A DNA stretch of 64,000 bases from Nitrospirales bacterium (GTDB taxonomy: Bacteria > Nitrospirota > Nitrospiria > Nitrospirales > UBA8639). The translations under genes and the position numbers were made by a program. This document shows positions 33,461 through 49,000 of this stretch, one piece after another. The DNA lies in NCBI GenBank assembly GCA_965203295.1, contig CBDBCZ010000015.1, forward strand, positions 992,001 to 1,056,000, read 5' to 3'. The notes beneath the pieces are model-generated. The model had not been told where the DNA came from and searched no databases. It saw only the letters and a list, made by a program, of their open reading frames with translations. Position 1 is the first letter of the stretch. The number at the start of each line of letters is the position of its first letter.

Positions 33461-36400
33461 TTAGTTTCGTTGGTCTCTTGCAATGACTTTAGCTACCATT
33501 GATCTGATCTTTCCGAACTATTTAGAAAAAGAACTGGTTATTCAAAGGCTTGTTTAGTTTGAATGATGTTAGTCAGATACAATACATGCTTAGGAAGTAT
33601 CGATGTTCAAGAAAGGAACTGGTTATTCAAAGGCTTGTTTAATTTGGTTGATGTTAACCTGAAGATTAGGAAAGAAGGATTTTATTGAAAATTGTTAGTT
33701 TTTGTTGGTCACAGGCTAAGACTTTCATCCAAAGTAACTGGCTACCATTGATCTGACACTTCCCAACTATTTAGGAAAAGAACCTGTTATTCAAAGGCTT
33801 GTTTAGTTTGCTTGATGTTAGTCTGCAGATTAGAAAAGAAGTATTTTATAGAAAATCGTTAGTTTTGTTGGTCTCTAGCAAAGACTTTGAGCCAAAGTAA
33901 CTAGCTACCATTGATCTGACCCTTCCCAACTGTTTAGAAAAAGAACTGGTTATTCAAAGGCTTGTTTAGTTTGAATGATGTTAGTCGGATACAATACATG
34001 CTTAGGAAGTATCGATGTTCAAGACCGGAACTGGTTATTCAAAGGCTTGTTTAGTTTGGTTGATGTTTGTCTGAAGATTAGGAAAGAAGGATTTCATTGA
34101 AAATTGTTAGATTTGTTGGTCTCTGGCAAAGACTCTAAGCCAAAGTCACTAACTACCATTGATCTGACTCTTCCCAACTGTTTAGAAAAAGAACTGGTTA
34201 TTCAAAGGCTTGTTTAGTTTGAATGATGTTAGTCAGATACAATACACGCTTAGGAAGTATCGATGTTCAAGAAAGGAACTTGTTATTCAAGGGCTTGTTT
34301 AGTTTCGTTGATGATAGTCTGAAGATTAGGAAAGAAGGATTTTAATGAAAATTATTAGTTTTGTTCGTCTCTAGCAAAGACTTTAAGCCAAAGTTACTAG
34401 CTACCTTTAATCTGACCCTTCCCAACAGTTTAGAAAAAGAGCTGGTTATTCAAAAGCTTGTTTAGTTTGAATGATGTTAGTCTGAAGCTTAGAAATGAAG
34501 GATTTTATTGAAAATTGATAGTTTTGTTGGTCTCTAGCAAAGACTTTAAGCCAAAGTAACTAGCTACCATAGATCTGACCCTTTCCAACGGTTTAGGAAA
34601 AGAACCTGTTATTCAAAGGCTTGATTAGTTTTGATTTAAAGTTAGTCGGATACAATACATGTTTAGGAAGTGTCGATGTTCAAGAAAGGAACTGGTTATT
34701 CAAAGGCTTGTTTAGTATGGTTGATGTTAGTCTTAAGATTAGGAAAGAAGAATTTTATTGAAAATTGTTAGTTTTGTTGGTCTCAGGCAAAAACTTTCAG
34801 CAAAAGTAACTAGCTACCATTGATCTGACCCTTCCTAACTGTTTAGGAAAAGAACTGGTTATTCAAAGGCTTGTTTAGTTTGAATGATGTTAGTCTGAAG
34901 ATTAAGAAAGAAGGATTTTATTGAAAATTGGTAGTTTTGTTGGTCTCAGGCAAAGACTTTCAGCCAAAGTAACTGGCTACCATTTATCTGACCCTTCCCA
35001 ACTGTTTAGAAAAAGAACTGGTTATTCAAAGGCTTGATTAGTTTTATTGATGTTAGCCGGATACAATACATGTTTAAAAAGTGTCGATGTTCAAGAAAGG
35101 AACTGGTTATTCAAAGGCTTGTTTAGTTTTGTTGTTGTTAGTCTGAAGTTTAGGAAAGAAGGATTTTATTGAAAATTGTTAGTTTTGTTGGTCTCAGGCA
35201 AAGACTTTCAGCAAAATTAACTAGCTACCATTGAACTGACCCTTCCTAACTGTTTAGGAAAAGAACTGGTTATTCAAAGGCTTGTTTAGTTTGAATGATG
35301 TTAGTCTGTAGATTAGGAAAGAAGGATTTTATTGAAAATTGTTAGTTTTGTTTTTCTCTAGCAAAGACTTTAAGCCAAAGTAACTAGCTACCATTTATCT
35401 GACCCTTCCCAACTGTTTAGAAAAAGAGCTGGTTATTCAAAGGCCTGTTTAGTTTTGTTGATGTTAGCCTGAAGATTAGGAAAGAAGTATTTTATTGAAA
35501 ATTGTTAGTTTTTTTGGTCTCTTGCAATGACTTTAATTAAGCCAAAGTTACTAGCTACCATTGATCTGATCTTTCTGAACTATTTAGATAAAGTGCAGGT
35601 TATTCAAAGGCTTGTTTTGTTTGAATGATATTAGTCAGATACAATACATGCTTAGGAAGTATCAATGTTCAAGAAAGGAACTGGTTATTCAAAGGCTTGT
35701 TTAATTTGGTTGATGTTATTCTGAAGATTAGGAAAGAAGGATTTTATTGAAAATTGTTAGTTTTGTTGGTCTCTAGCAAAGACTTTAAGCCAAAGTAACT
35801 TGCTACCATTTATCTGACCCTTCCTAACTGTTTAGAAAAAGAGCTGGTTATTCAAAGGCCTGTTTAGTTTTGTTGATGTTAGCCTGAAGATTAGGAAAGA
35901 AGTATTTTATTGAAAATTGTTAGTTTTTTTGGTCTCAGGCAAAGACTTTCAGCCACAGTAACAGGCTACCATTGATCTGACCCTTCCCAACTGTTTTGGA
36001 AAAGAACTGGTTATTCAAAGGCTTGTTTAGTTTGGTCAGATACAATACATGTTTAGGAAGTATCGATGTTCAAGAAAGGAACTGCTTAATCAAAGGCTTG
36101 TTTAGTTTAGTTGATTTTAGTCTGAAGATTAAGAAAGGAGGATTTTATTGAAAATTGTTAGTTTTGTTGGTCTCAGGTAAAGACTTTCAGCCAAAGTATC
36201 TAGCTACCATTGATCTGTCCCCTCCCAACTGTCTTGGAAAGGAACTGGCTTATGATTCAATCATTTGTTTAGTTTAAATGATGTTTGTCTGATACAATAC
36301 ATACATGCTTAGAAAGTAAGGGTTTTCACTAATAATTGGTACAATTTTAGCTTTATTGGTCTCAGGAAACTTTCAGTCAAAACAACTAGCTACCATTGAT

Positions 36401-37062
36401 CTGACCCTTCCCAACTGTCTAGGAAAGAAATTTTTTAAAGATTTTATAGCTTGTTTAGTTTGAATGATGTTAGTCGGATACAATACTTGCTTAGGAAGTA
36501 TCGATGTTCAAGACCGGAACTGGTTATTCAAAGGCTTGTTTAGTTTGGTTGATGTTAGTCTGAAGATTAGGAAAGAAGGATTTCATTGAAAATTGTTAGA
36601 TTTGTTTGTCTCTGGCAAAGACTTTAAGCCAAAGTCACTAGCTACCATTGATCTTACCCTTCCCAACTGTTTTGAAAAAGAACTGGTTATTCAAAGGCTT
36701 ATTTAGTTTGAATGATGTTAGTCATATACAATACATGCTTAGGAAGTATCAATGTTCAAGAAAGGAACTTGTTATTCAAAGGCTTGTTTAGTTTGGTTGA
36801 TGTTAGTCTGAAGATTAGGAAAGAAGGATTTTATTCAAAATTGTTAGTTTTGTTCATCTCAGGCCAAGACTTCCAGCCAAAGTAAATGGCTACCATTGAT
36901 CTGACCCTTCCCAACTGTTTAGGAAAAGAACCTGTTATTCAAAGGCTTGTTTATTTTGAATGATCTTAGTCAGATACAAAACATGCTTAGGAAGTATCGA
37001 TGTTCAAGAAAGGAACTGGTTATTCAAAGGCTTGTTTAGTTTGCTTGATGTTAGTCTGCAGA

Positions 37063-40000
37063 TTAGGAAAGAAGTATTTTATAGAAAATCGTTAGTTTTG
37101 TTGGTCTCTAGCAAAGACTTTGAGCCAAAGTAACTAGCTACCATCGATCTGACCCTTCCCAACTGTTTAGGAAAAGAATCTGTTATTCAAAGGCTTGTTT
37201 AGTTATAATGATGTTAGTCGGATACAATACATGCCTAGGAAGTATCGATGTTCAAGAAAGAACTTGTTATTCAAAGGCTTGTTTAGTTTGGTTGATGTTA
37301 GTCTGAAGATTAGGAAAGAAGGATTTTAATGAAAATTATTAGTTTTGTTGGTCTCTAGCAAAGACTTTAAGCCAAAGTTACTAGCTACCTTTAATCTGAC
37401 CCTTATCAACTGTTTAGAAAAAGAGCTGGTTATTCAAAATCTCGATTAGTTTGAATGATGTTAGTCTGAAGGATAAAAAAGAAGGATTTTATTGAAAATT
37501 GATAGTTTTGTTGGTCTCTAGCAAAGACTTTAAGCCAAAGTAACTAGCTACTATTGATCTGACCCTTCCCAACGGTTTAGGAAAAGAACCTGTTATTCAA
37601 AGGCTTGATTAGTTTTAATGATGTTAGTCGGATACAATACATGTTTAGGAAGTGTCGATGTTCAAGAAAGGAACTGGTTATTCAAAGGCTTGTTTAGTTT
37701 GGTTGATGTTAGTCTGAAGATTAAGAAAGAAGAATTTTATTGAAAATTGTTAGTTTTGTTGGTCTCTAGCAAAGACTTTAAGCCAAAGTAACTAGCTACC
37801 ATTGATCTGTCCCTTCCTAACTGTTTAGGAAAAGAACTAGTTATTCAAAGGCTTGTTTAGTTTGAATGATGTTAGTCTGAAGATTAGGAAAGAAGGATTT
37901 TATTGAAAATTGTTAGTTTTGTTGGTCTCTAGCAAAGACTTTAAGCCAAAGTTACTAGCTACCTTTAATCTGACCCTTCTCAACTGTTTAGAAAAAGAGC
38001 TGGTTATTCAAAATCTCGATTAGTTTGAATGATGTTAGTCTGAAGGATAAAAAAGAAGGATTTTATTGAAAATTGATAGTTTTGTTGGTCTCTAGCAAAG
38101 ACTTTAAGCCAAAGTTACTAGCTACCTTTAATCTGACCCTTCTCAACTGTTTAGAAAAAGAGCTGGTTATTCAAAATCTCGATTAGTTTGAATGATGTTA
38201 GTCTGAAGGATAAAAAAGAAGGATTTTATTGAAAATTGATAGTTTTGTTGGTCTCTAGCAAAGACTTTAAGCCAAAGTAACTAGCTACTATTGATCTGAC
38301 CCTTCCCAACGGTTTAGGAAAAGAACCTGTTATTCAAAGGCTTGATTAGTTTTAATGATGTTAGTCGGATACAATACATGTTTAGGAAGTGTCGATGTTC
38401 AAGAAAGGAACTGGTTATTCAAAGGCTTGTTTAGTTTGGTTGATGTTAGTCTGAAGATTAAGAAAGAAGAATTTTATTGAAAATTGTTAGTTTTGTTGGT
38501 CTCTAGCAAAGACTTTAAGCCAAAGTAACTAGCTACCATTGATCTGACCCTTCCTAACTGTTTAGGAAAAGAACTAGTTATTCAAAGGCTTGTTTAGTTT
38601 GAATGATGTTAGTCTGAAGATTAGGAAAGAAGGATTTTATTGAAAATTGTTAGTTTTGTTGGTCTCAGGCAAAGACTTTCAGCCAAAGTAACTGGCTACC
38701 AGGCTTGATTAGTTTTATTGATGTTAGTCGGATACAATACATGTTTAGGAAGTGTCGATGTTCAAGAAAGGAACTGGTTATTCAAAGGCTTGTTTAGTTT
38801 TGTTGATGTTAGTCTGAAGATTAGGAAAGAAGGATTTTATAGAAAATCGTTAGTTTTGTTGGTCTCAGGCAAAGACTTTCACCAAAAGTAACTAGCTACC
38901 ATTGAACTGACCCTTCCTAACTGTTTAGGAAAAGAACTGGTTATTCAAAGGCTTGTTTAGTTTGAATGATGTTAGTCTGTAGATTAGAAAAGAAGGATTT
39001 TATTGAAAATTGTTAGTTTTGTTTGTCTCTAGCAAAGACTTTAAGCCAAAGTAACTAGCTACCATTTATCTGACCCTTCCCAACTGTTTAGAAAAAGAAC
39101 TGGTTATTCAAAGGCCTTTTTAGTTTTTTTTGATGTTAGCCTGAAGATTAGGAAAGAAGGATTTTATTGAAAAATTTTAGTTTCGTTGGTCTCTTGCAAT
39201 GACTTTAGCTACCATTGATCTGATCTTTCCGAACTATTTAGAAAAAGGACTTGTTATTCAAAGGCTTGTTTAGTTTGAATGATGTTAGTCAGATACAATA
39301 CATGCTTAGGAAGTATCGATGTTCAAGAAAGGAACTGGTTATTTAAAGGCTTGTTTAATTTGGTTGATGTTAACCTGAAGATTAGGAAAGAAGGATTTTA
39401 TTGAAAATTGTTAGTTTTTGTTGGTCTCAGGCTAAGACTTTCAGCCAAAGTAACTGGCTACCATTGATCTGACACTTCCCAACTATTTAGGAAAAGAACC
39501 TGTTATTCAAAGGCTTGTTTAGTTTGCTTGATGTTAGTCTGCAGATTAGGAAAGAAGTATTTTATAGAAAATCGTTAGTTTTGTTGGTCTCTAGCAAAGA
39601 CTTTGAGCCAAATTAACTAGCTACCATTGATCTGACCCTTCCCAACTGTTTAGAAAAAGAACTGGTTATTCAAAGGCTTGTTTAGTTTGAATGATGTTAG
39701 TCGGATACAATACATGTTTAGGAAGTATCGATGTTCAAGACCGGAACTGGTTATTCAAAGGCTTGTTTAGTTTGGTTGATGTTTGTCTGAAGATTAGGAA
39801 AGAAGGATTTCATTGAAAATTGTTAGATTTGTTGGTCTCTGGCAAAGACTCTAAGCCAAAGTCACTAACTACCATTGATCTGACTCTTCCCAACTGTTTA
39901 GAAAAAGAAATGGTTATTCAAAGGCTTGTTTAGTTTGAATGATGTTAGTCGGATACAATACATGCTTAGGAAGTATCGATGTTCAAGACCGGAACTGGTT

Positions 40001-43000
40001 ATTCAAAGGATTGTTTAGTTTGGTTGATGTTAGTCTGAAGATTAGGAAAGAAGGATTTCATTGAAAATTGTTAGATTTGTTTGTCTCTGGCAAAGACTTT
40101 AAGCCAAAGTCACTAGCTACCATTGATCTTACCCTTCCCAACTGTTTTGAAAAAGAACTGGTTATTTAAAGGCTTATTTAGTTTGAATGATGTTAGTCAT
40201 ATACAATACATGCTTAGGAAGTATCGATGTTCAAGAAAGGAACTTGTTATTCAAAGGCTTGTTTAGTTTGGTTGATGTTAGTCTGAAGATTAGGAAAGAA
40301 GGATTTTATTCAAAATTGTTAGTTTTATTCATCTCAGGCAAAGACTTTCAGCCAAAGTAAATGGCTACCATTGATCTGACCCTTCCCAACTGTTTAGGAA
40401 AAGAACCTGTTATTCAAAGGCTTGTTTATTTTGAATGATCTTAGTCAGATACAATACATGCTTAGGAAGTATCGATGTTCAAGAAAGGAACTGGTTATTA
40501 AAAGGCTTGTTTAGTTTGCTTGATGTTAGTCTGCAGATTAGGAAAGAAGTATTTTATAGAAAATCGTTAGTTTTGTTGGTCTCTAGCAAAGACTTTGAGC
40601 CAAAGTAACTAGCTACCATCGATCTGACCCTTCCCAACTGTTTAGGAAAAGAATCTGTTATTCAAAGGCTTGTTTAGTTATAATGATGTTAGTCGGATAC
40701 AGTACATGCCTAGGAAGTATCGATGTTCAAGAAAGAAGTTGTTATTCAAAGGCTTGTTTAGTTTGGTTGATGTTAGTCTGAAGATTAGGAAAGAACGATT
40801 TTAATGAAAATTGTTAGTTTTGTTTGTCTCTAGCAAAGACTTTAAGCCAAAGTTACTAGCTACCTTTAATCTGACCCTTCCCAACTGTTTAGAAAAAGAG
40901 CTGGTTATTCAAAATCTCGATTAGTTTGAATGATGTTAGTCTGAAGCTTAAAAAAGAAGGATTTTATTGAAAATTGATAGTTTTGTTGGTCTCTAGCAAA
41001 GACTTTAAGCCAAAGTAACTAGCTACCATTGATCTGACCCTTCCCAACGGTTTAGGAAAAGAACCTGTTATTCAAAGGCTTGATTAGTTTTAATGATGTT
41101 AGTCGGATACAATACATGTTTAGGAAGTGTCGATGTTCAAGAAAGGAACTGGTTATTCAAAGGCTTGTTTAGTTTGGTTGATGTTAGTCTGAAGATTAAG
41201 AAAGAAGAATTTTATTGAAAATTTTTAGTTTTGTTGGTCTCTAGCAAAGACTTTAAGCCAAAGTAACTAGCTACCATTGATCTGACCCTTCCTAACTGTT
41301 TAGGAAAAGAACTAGTTATTCAAAGACTTGTTTAGTTTGAATGATGTTAGCCTGAAGATTAGGAAAGAAGGATTTTATTGAAAATTGTTAGTTTTGTTGG
41401 TCTCAGGCAAAGAATTTCAGCCAAAGTAACTGGCTACCATTGATCTGACCCTTCCCAACTGTTTAGGAAAAGAACTGGTTATTCAAAGGCTTGATTAGTT
41501 TTATTGATGTTAGTCGGATACAATACATGTTTAGGAAGTGTCGATGTTCAAGAAATGAACTGGTTATTCAAAGGCTTGTTTAGTTTAGTTGATTTTAGTC
41601 TGAAGATTAGGAAAGGAGGATTTTATTGAAAATTGTTAGTTTTGTTGGTCTCAGGTAAAGACTTTAAGCCAATGTATCTAGCTACCATTGATCTGACCCC
41701 TCCCAACTGTCTTGGAAAGGAACTGGTTTATGATTCAATCATTTGTTTAGTTTAAATGATGTTTGTCGGATACAATACATACATGCTTAGAAAGTAAGGG
41801 TTTTCACTAATAATTGGCACAATTTTAGCTTTATTGGTCTCAGGAAATTTTCAGTCAAAACAACTAGCTACCATTGATCTGACCCTTCCCAACTGTCTAG
41901 GAAAGAAATTTTTTTAAGATTTTATAGCTTGTTTAGTTTGAATGATGTTAGTCGGATACAATACATGCTTAGGAAGTATCGATGTTCAAGACCGGAACTG
42001 GTTATTCAAAGGCTTGTTTAGTTTGGTTGATGTTAGTCTGAAGATTAGGAAAGAAGGATTTCATTGAAAATTGTTAGATTTGTTTGTCTCTGGCAAAGAC
42101 TTTAAGCCAAAGTCACTAGCTACCATTGATCTGACCCTTCCCAACATTTTAGAAAAAGAACTGGTTATTCAAAGGCTTGTTTAGTTTGAAATGTTAGTCA
42201 GATACAATACACGCTTAGGAAGTATCGATGTTCAAGAAAGGAACTTGTTATTCAAGGGCTTGTTTAGTTTCGTTAATGTTAGTCTGAAGATTAGGAAAGA
42301 AGGATTTTAATGAAAATTATTAGTTTTGTTGGTCTCTAGCAAAGACTTTAAGCGAAAGTTACTAGCAACCTTTAATCTGACCCTTCGCAACTTTTTAGAA
42401 AAAGAGCTGGTTATTCAAAAGCCTTTTTAATTTGAATGATGTTAGTCTGAAGATTAGAAAAGAAGGATTTTATTGAAAATTGATAGTTTTGTTTGTCTCT
42501 AGCAAAGACTTTAAGCCAAAGTAACTAGCTACCATTTATCTGACCCTTACGAACTGTTTAGAAAAAGAACTGGTTATTCAAAGGCCCTTTTAGTTTTGTT
42601 GACGTTAGCCTGAAGATTAGGAAAGAAGGATTTTATTGAAAATTGTTTGTTTTGTTGGTCTCTAGCAAAGACTTTAAGCCAAAGTCACTAGCTACCATTG
42701 ATCTTACCCTTCCCAACTGTTTAGAAAAAGAGCTGGTTATTCAAAGGCTTGTTTTGTTTGAATGATATTAGTCAGATACAATACATGCTTAGGAAGTATC
42801 GATGTTCAAGAAAGGAACTGGTTATTTAAAGGCTTGTTTAGTTTGCTTGATGTTAGTCTGCAGATTAGAAAAGAAGTATTATATAGAAAATCGTTTGTTT
42901 TGTTTGTCTCTAGCAAAGACTTTGAGCCAAAGTAACTAGCTACCATTGATCTGACCCTTCCCAACTGTTTAGAAAAAGAACTGGTTATTCAAAGGCTTGT

Positions 43001-46000
43001 TTAGTTTAAATGATGTCTGTCGGATACAATACATGCCTAGGAAGTATTGATGTTCAAGACCGGAACTGGTTATTCAAAGGCTTGTTTAGTTTGGTTGATG
43101 TTAGTCTGAAGATTAGGAAAGAAGGATTTCATTGAAAATTGTTAGATTTGTTTGTCTCTGGCAAAGACTTTAAGCCAAAGTCACTAGCTACCATTGATCT
43201 GACCCTTCCCAACATTTTAGAAAAAGAACTGCTTATTCAAAGGCTTGTTTAGTTTGAAATGTTAGTCAGATACAATACACGCTTAGGAAGTATCGATGTT
43301 CAAGAAAGGAACTTGTTATTCAAGGGCTTGTTTAGTTTCGTTAATGTTAGTCTGAAGATTAGGAAAGAAGGATTTTAATGAAAATTATTAGTTTTGTTGG
43401 TCTCTAGCAAAGACTTTAAGCGAAAGTTACTAGCTACCTTTAATCTGACCCTTCCCAACTTTTTAGAAAAAGAGCTGGTTATTCAAAAGCTTGTTTAATT
43501 TGAATGATGTTAGTCTGAAGATTAGAAAAGAAGGATTTTATTGAAAATTGATAGTTTTGTTTGTCTCTAGCAAAGACTTTAAGCCAAAGTAACTAGCTAC
43601 CATTTATCTGACCCTTACGAACTGTTTAGAAAAAGAACTGGTTATTCAAAGGCCCTTTTAGTTTTGTTGACGTTAGCCTGAAGATTAGGAAAGAAGGATT
43701 TTATTGAAAATTGTTAGTTTTGTTGGTCTCTAGCAAAGACTTTAAGCCAAAGTCACTAGCTACCATTGATCTTACCCTTCCCAACTGTTTAGAAAAAGAG
43801 CTGGTTATTCAAAGGCTTGTTTTGTTTGAATGATATTAGTCAGATACAATACATGCTTAGGAAGTATCGATGTTCAAGAAAGGAACTGGTTATTTAAAGG
43901 CTTGTTTAGTTTGCTTGATGTTAGTCTGCAGATTAGAAAAGAAGTATTATATAGAAAATCGTTTGTTTTGTTTGTCTCTAGCAAAGACTTTGAGCCAAAG
44001 TAACTAGCTACCATTGATCTGACCCTTCCCAACTGTTTAGAAAAAGAACTGGTTATTCAAAGGCTTGTTTAGTTTAAATGATGTTGGTCGGATACAATAC
44101 ATGCCTAGGAAGTATTGATGTTCAAGAAAGGAACATGTTATTCAAAGGCTTGTTTAGTTAGGTTAATGTTTGTCTGAAGATTACGAAAGAAGGATTTATT
44201 TTATAATTGTTAGATTTGTCGGTCTCTAGCAAAGACTTTAAGCCAAAGTAACTAGCTACCATTTATCTGACCCTTCCCAACAGTTTAGGAAAAGAACTGG
44301 TTATGCAAAGGCTTGTTTAGTTTGAATGATGTTAGTCAGATACAATACATGCTTAGGAAGTATCGATGTTCAAGAAAGGAACTGGTTATTCAAAGGCCGG
44401 TTTAGTTTGGTTGATGTTAGTCTGAAGATTAGGAAGGAAGGATTTTATTGAAAATTGATAGTTTTGTTGGTCTCTAGCAAAGACTTTAAGCCAAAGTAAC
44501 TGGCTACCATTGATCTGACCCTTCCTAACAGTATAGGAAAAGAACCTGTTATTCAAAGGCTTGTTTAGTTTGAATGATGTTAGTCAAATACAATACATGC
44601 TTAGGAAGTATCGATTTTCAAGAAAGGAACTGGTTATTCAAAGGCTTGTTTAGTTTGGTTGATGTTAGTCTGCAGATTAGGAAAGAAGGATTTTATTGAA
44701 AATTGTTAATTTTGTTGGTCTCTAGCAGAGAATTTGAGCCAAAGCAACTAGCTACCATTGATTAGGAAAGAAGGATTTTATTGAAAATTGTAAGTTTTGT
44801 TGGTCTCTAGCAAAGACTTTAAGGCAAAGTAAATAGCTACCATTTATCAGACCCTTCCGGACTGTTTAGAAAAAGAACTGGTTATTCAAAGGCCTGTTTA
44901 GTTTTGTTGATTTTAGCCTTAAGATTAGGAAAGAATGATTTTCTTGAAAATTGTTAGTTTTGTTGGTCTCTAGCAAAGACTTTAAGCCAAAGTCACTAGC
45001 TACCATTTATCTGACACTTCCCAACTGTTTAGAAAAAGAGCTGGTTATTCAAAGGCTAGTTATGTTTGAATGATGTTAGTCAAATAGAATAATCCTTAGG
45101 AAGTATCGATGTTCAAGAAAGGAACTGGTTATTCAAAGGCTTGTTTAATTTGGTCGATGTTAGTCTGAAGATTAGGAAAGAAGGATTTTATTGAAAATTG
45201 TTATTTTGTTGGTCTCTAGCAATGACTTTAAGCCGAAGTAACTAGCTACCATTGATCTGACCCTTCCCAACTGTTTAGAAAAAGAACTGGTTATTCAAAG
45301 GCTTGTTTAGTTTGAATGATGTTAGTCAGATACAATACATGCCTAGGAAGTATCGATGTTCAAGAAAGGAAGTTGTTATTCATAGGCTTGTTTAGTTTTG
45401 TTGATGTTGTCTGAAGATTAGGAAAGAAGGATTTATTGAAAATTGTTAGTTTTGTTGGTCTCTGGCAAAGACTTTAAGCCAAAGTAACAAGCTACCCTTG
45501 ATCTGACCCTTCCCAACTGTTTAGGAAAAGAACTGGTTATGAAAAGGCTTGTTTAGTTTGAATGATGTTAGTCAGATACAATACATGCCTAGGAAGTATC
45601 CATGTTCAAGAAAGGAACTTGTTATTCAAAGGCTTGTTTAGTTTGGTCGATGTTAGTCTGAAGATTAGGAAAGAAGAATTTTACTCAAAAATTGTTATTT
45701 TTTTTGTCTCTGGCAAAGACTTTAAGCCAATGTAAGTAGCTACCATTGATCTGACCTTTCCCAACTGTTTAGGAAACGAACTGGTTATTCAAAGGCTTGT
45801 TTAGTTTGAATGATGTTAGTCAGATACAATACATGCTTAGGAAGTATCTATGTTCAAGAAAGGAACTTGTTATTCAAAGGCTTGTTTAGTTCGGTTGATG
45901 TTAGTCTGAAGATTAGGAAAGAAGGATTTTATTGAAAATTGTTAGTTTTGTTGGTCTCTAGCAAAGACTTTAAGCCAAAGTAACTAGCTACCATTGATCT

Positions 46001-49000
46001 GACCCTTCCCAACTGTTTAGGAAAAGAACTTGTTATTCAAAGGCTTGTTTAGTTTTTTTGATATTAGCCTGAAGAATAGGTAAGAAGGATTTTATTGAAA
46101 ATTGTTAGTTTTGTTGGTCTCTAGCAAAGACTTTAAGCCAAAATAACTAGCTTCCATTGATCTGACCTTTCCCAACTGTTTAGGAAAAGAACTGGTTATT
46201 CAAAGGCTTGTTTAGTTTGAATGATGTTAGTCTGAAGATTAGGAAAGAAGGATTTTATTGAAAATTGTTAGTTTTGTTGATCTCTAGCAAAGACTTTAAG
46301 CCAAAGTAACTGGCTACCATTGATCTGATCCTTCCCAACTATTTAGAAAAAGAGCTGGTTATTCAAAGGCTTGTTTAGTTTTCTTGATGTTAGTGTGCAG
46401 ATTAGGAAAGAAGTATTTTATAGAAAATCGTTAGTTTTGTTGGTCTCTAGCAAAGACTTTTAGCCAAAGTAACAAGCTACCATTCATCTGACCCTTCCCA
46501 ACTGTTTAGGAAAAGAACTGGTTATTCAAAGGCTTGATTAGTTTTAATGATGTTAGTCGGATACAATACATGTTTAGGAAGTGTCGATGTTCAAGAAAGG
46601 AACTGGTTATTCAAAGGCTTGTTTAGTTTGGTTGATGTTCGTCTGAAGATTAGAAAATAAGGATTGTATTGAAAATTGTTAGTTTTGTTTGTCTCAGGCA
46701 AAGACTTTCAGCCAAAGTAACTAACTACCATTGATCTGACCCTTCCTAACTGTTTAGGAAAAGTTATGGTTATTCAAAGGCTTGTTTAGTTTGGTTGATG
46801 TTAGTCTGAAGATTAGGAAAGAAGGATTTTATTTAAAATTGTTATTTTTTTTGTCTCTAGCAAAGATTTTAAGCCAAAGTAACTTGCTACCCTTTTTCTG
46901 ACCCTTCCCAACTGTTTAGAAAAAGAGCTGGTTATTCAAAGGCCTGTTTAGTTTTGTTGATGTTAGCCTGAAGATTAGGAAAGAAGGATTTTATTGAAAA
47001 TTGTTAGTTTTGTTGGTCTCAGGCAAAGACTTTCAGCCAAAGTAACTGGCTACCATTGATCTGACCCTTCCCAACTGTTTAGGAAAAGAACTTGTTTTTC
47101 AAAGGCTTGTTTAGTTTGAATGATGTTAGTCAGATACAATACATGCTTAGGAAGTATCTATGTTCAAGAAAGGAACTGGTTATTCAAAGGCTTGTTTAGT
47201 TTGCTTGATGTTCGTCTGCAGGTTAGGAAAGAAGTATTTTATAGAAAATCGTTAGTTTTGTTGGTCTCTAGCAAAGACTTTGAGCCAAAGTAACTAGCTA
47301 CCATCGATCTGACCCTTCCCAACTGTTTAGGAAAAGAATCTGTTATTCAAAGGCTTGTTTAGTTATAATGATGTTAGTCGGATACAATACATGCCTAGGA
47401 AGTATCGATGTTCAAGAAAGAACTTGTTATTCAAAGGCTTGTTTAGTTTGGTTGATGTTAGTCTGAAGATTAGGAAAGAAGTATTTTAATGAAAATTATT
47501 AGTTTTGTTGGTCTCTAGCAAAGACTTTAAGCCAAAGTTACTAGCTACCTTTAATCTGACCCTTATCAACTGTTTAGAAAAAGAGCTGGTTATTCAAAAT
47601 CTCGATTAGTTTGAATGATGTTAGTCTGAAGGATAAAAAAGAAGGATTTTATTGAAAATTGATAGTTTTGTTGGTCTCTAGCAAAGACTTTAAGCCAAAG
47701 TAACTAGCTACTATTGATCTGACCCTTCCCAACGGTTTAGGAAAAGAACCTGTTATTCAAAGGCTTGATTAGTTTTAATGATGTTAGTCGGATACAATAC
47801 ATGTTTAGGAAGTGTCGATGTTCAAGAAAGGAACTGGTTATTCAAAGGCTTGTTTAGTTTGGTTGATGTTAGTCTGAAGATTAAGAAAGAAGAATTTTAT
47901 TGAAAATTGTTAGTTTTGTTGGTCTCTAGCAAAGACTTTAAGCCAAAGTAACTAGCTACCATTGATCTGTCCCTTCCTAACTGTTTAGGAAAAGAACTAG
48001 TTATTCAAAGGCTTGTTTAGTTTGAATGATGTTAGTCTGAAGATTAGGAAAGAAGGATTTTATTGAAAATTGTTAGTTTTGTTGGTCTCTAGCAAAGACT
48101 TTAAGCCAAAGTTACTAGCTACCTTTAATCTGACCCTTCTCAACTGTTTAGAAAAAGAGCTGGTTATTCAAAATCTCGATTAGTTTGAATGATGTTAGTC
48201 TGAAGGATAAAAAAGAAGGATTTTATTGAAAATTGATAGTTTTGTTGGTCTCTAGCAAAGACTTTAAGCCAAAGTTACTAGCTACCTTTAATCTGACCCT
48301 TCTCAACTGTTTAGAAAAAGAGCTGGTTATTCAAAATCTCGATTAGTTTGAATGATGTTAGTCTGAAGGATAAAAAAGAAGGATTTTATTGAAAATTGAT
48401 AGTTTTGTTGGTCTCTAGCAAAGACTTTAAGCCAAAGTAACTAGCTACTATTGATCTGACCCTTCCCAACGGTTTAGGAAAAGAACCTGTTATTCAAAGG
48501 CTTGATTAGTTTTAATGATGTTAGTCGGATACAATACATGTTTAGGAAGTGTCGATGTTCAAGAAAGGAACTGGTTATTCAAAGGCTTGTTTAGTTTGGT
48601 TGATGTTAGTCTGAAGATTAAGAAAGAAGAATTTTATTGAAAATTGTTAGTTTTGTTGGTCTCTAGCAAAGACTTTAAGCCAAAGTAACTAGCTACCATT
48701 GATCTGACCCTTCCTAACTGTTTAGGAAAAGAACTAGTTATTCAAAGGCTTGTTTAGTTTGAATGATGTTAGTCTGAAGATTAGGAAAGAAGGATTTTAT
48801 TGAAAATTGTTAGTTTTGTTGGTCTCAGGCAAAGACTTTCAGCCAAAGTAACTGGCTACCAGGCTTGATTAGTTTTATTGATGTTAGTCGGATACAATAC
48901 ATGTTTAGGAAGTGTCGATGTTCAAGAAAGGAACTGGTTATTCAAAGGCTTGTTTAGTTTTGTTGATGTTAGTCTGAAGATTAGGAAAGAAGGATTTTAT

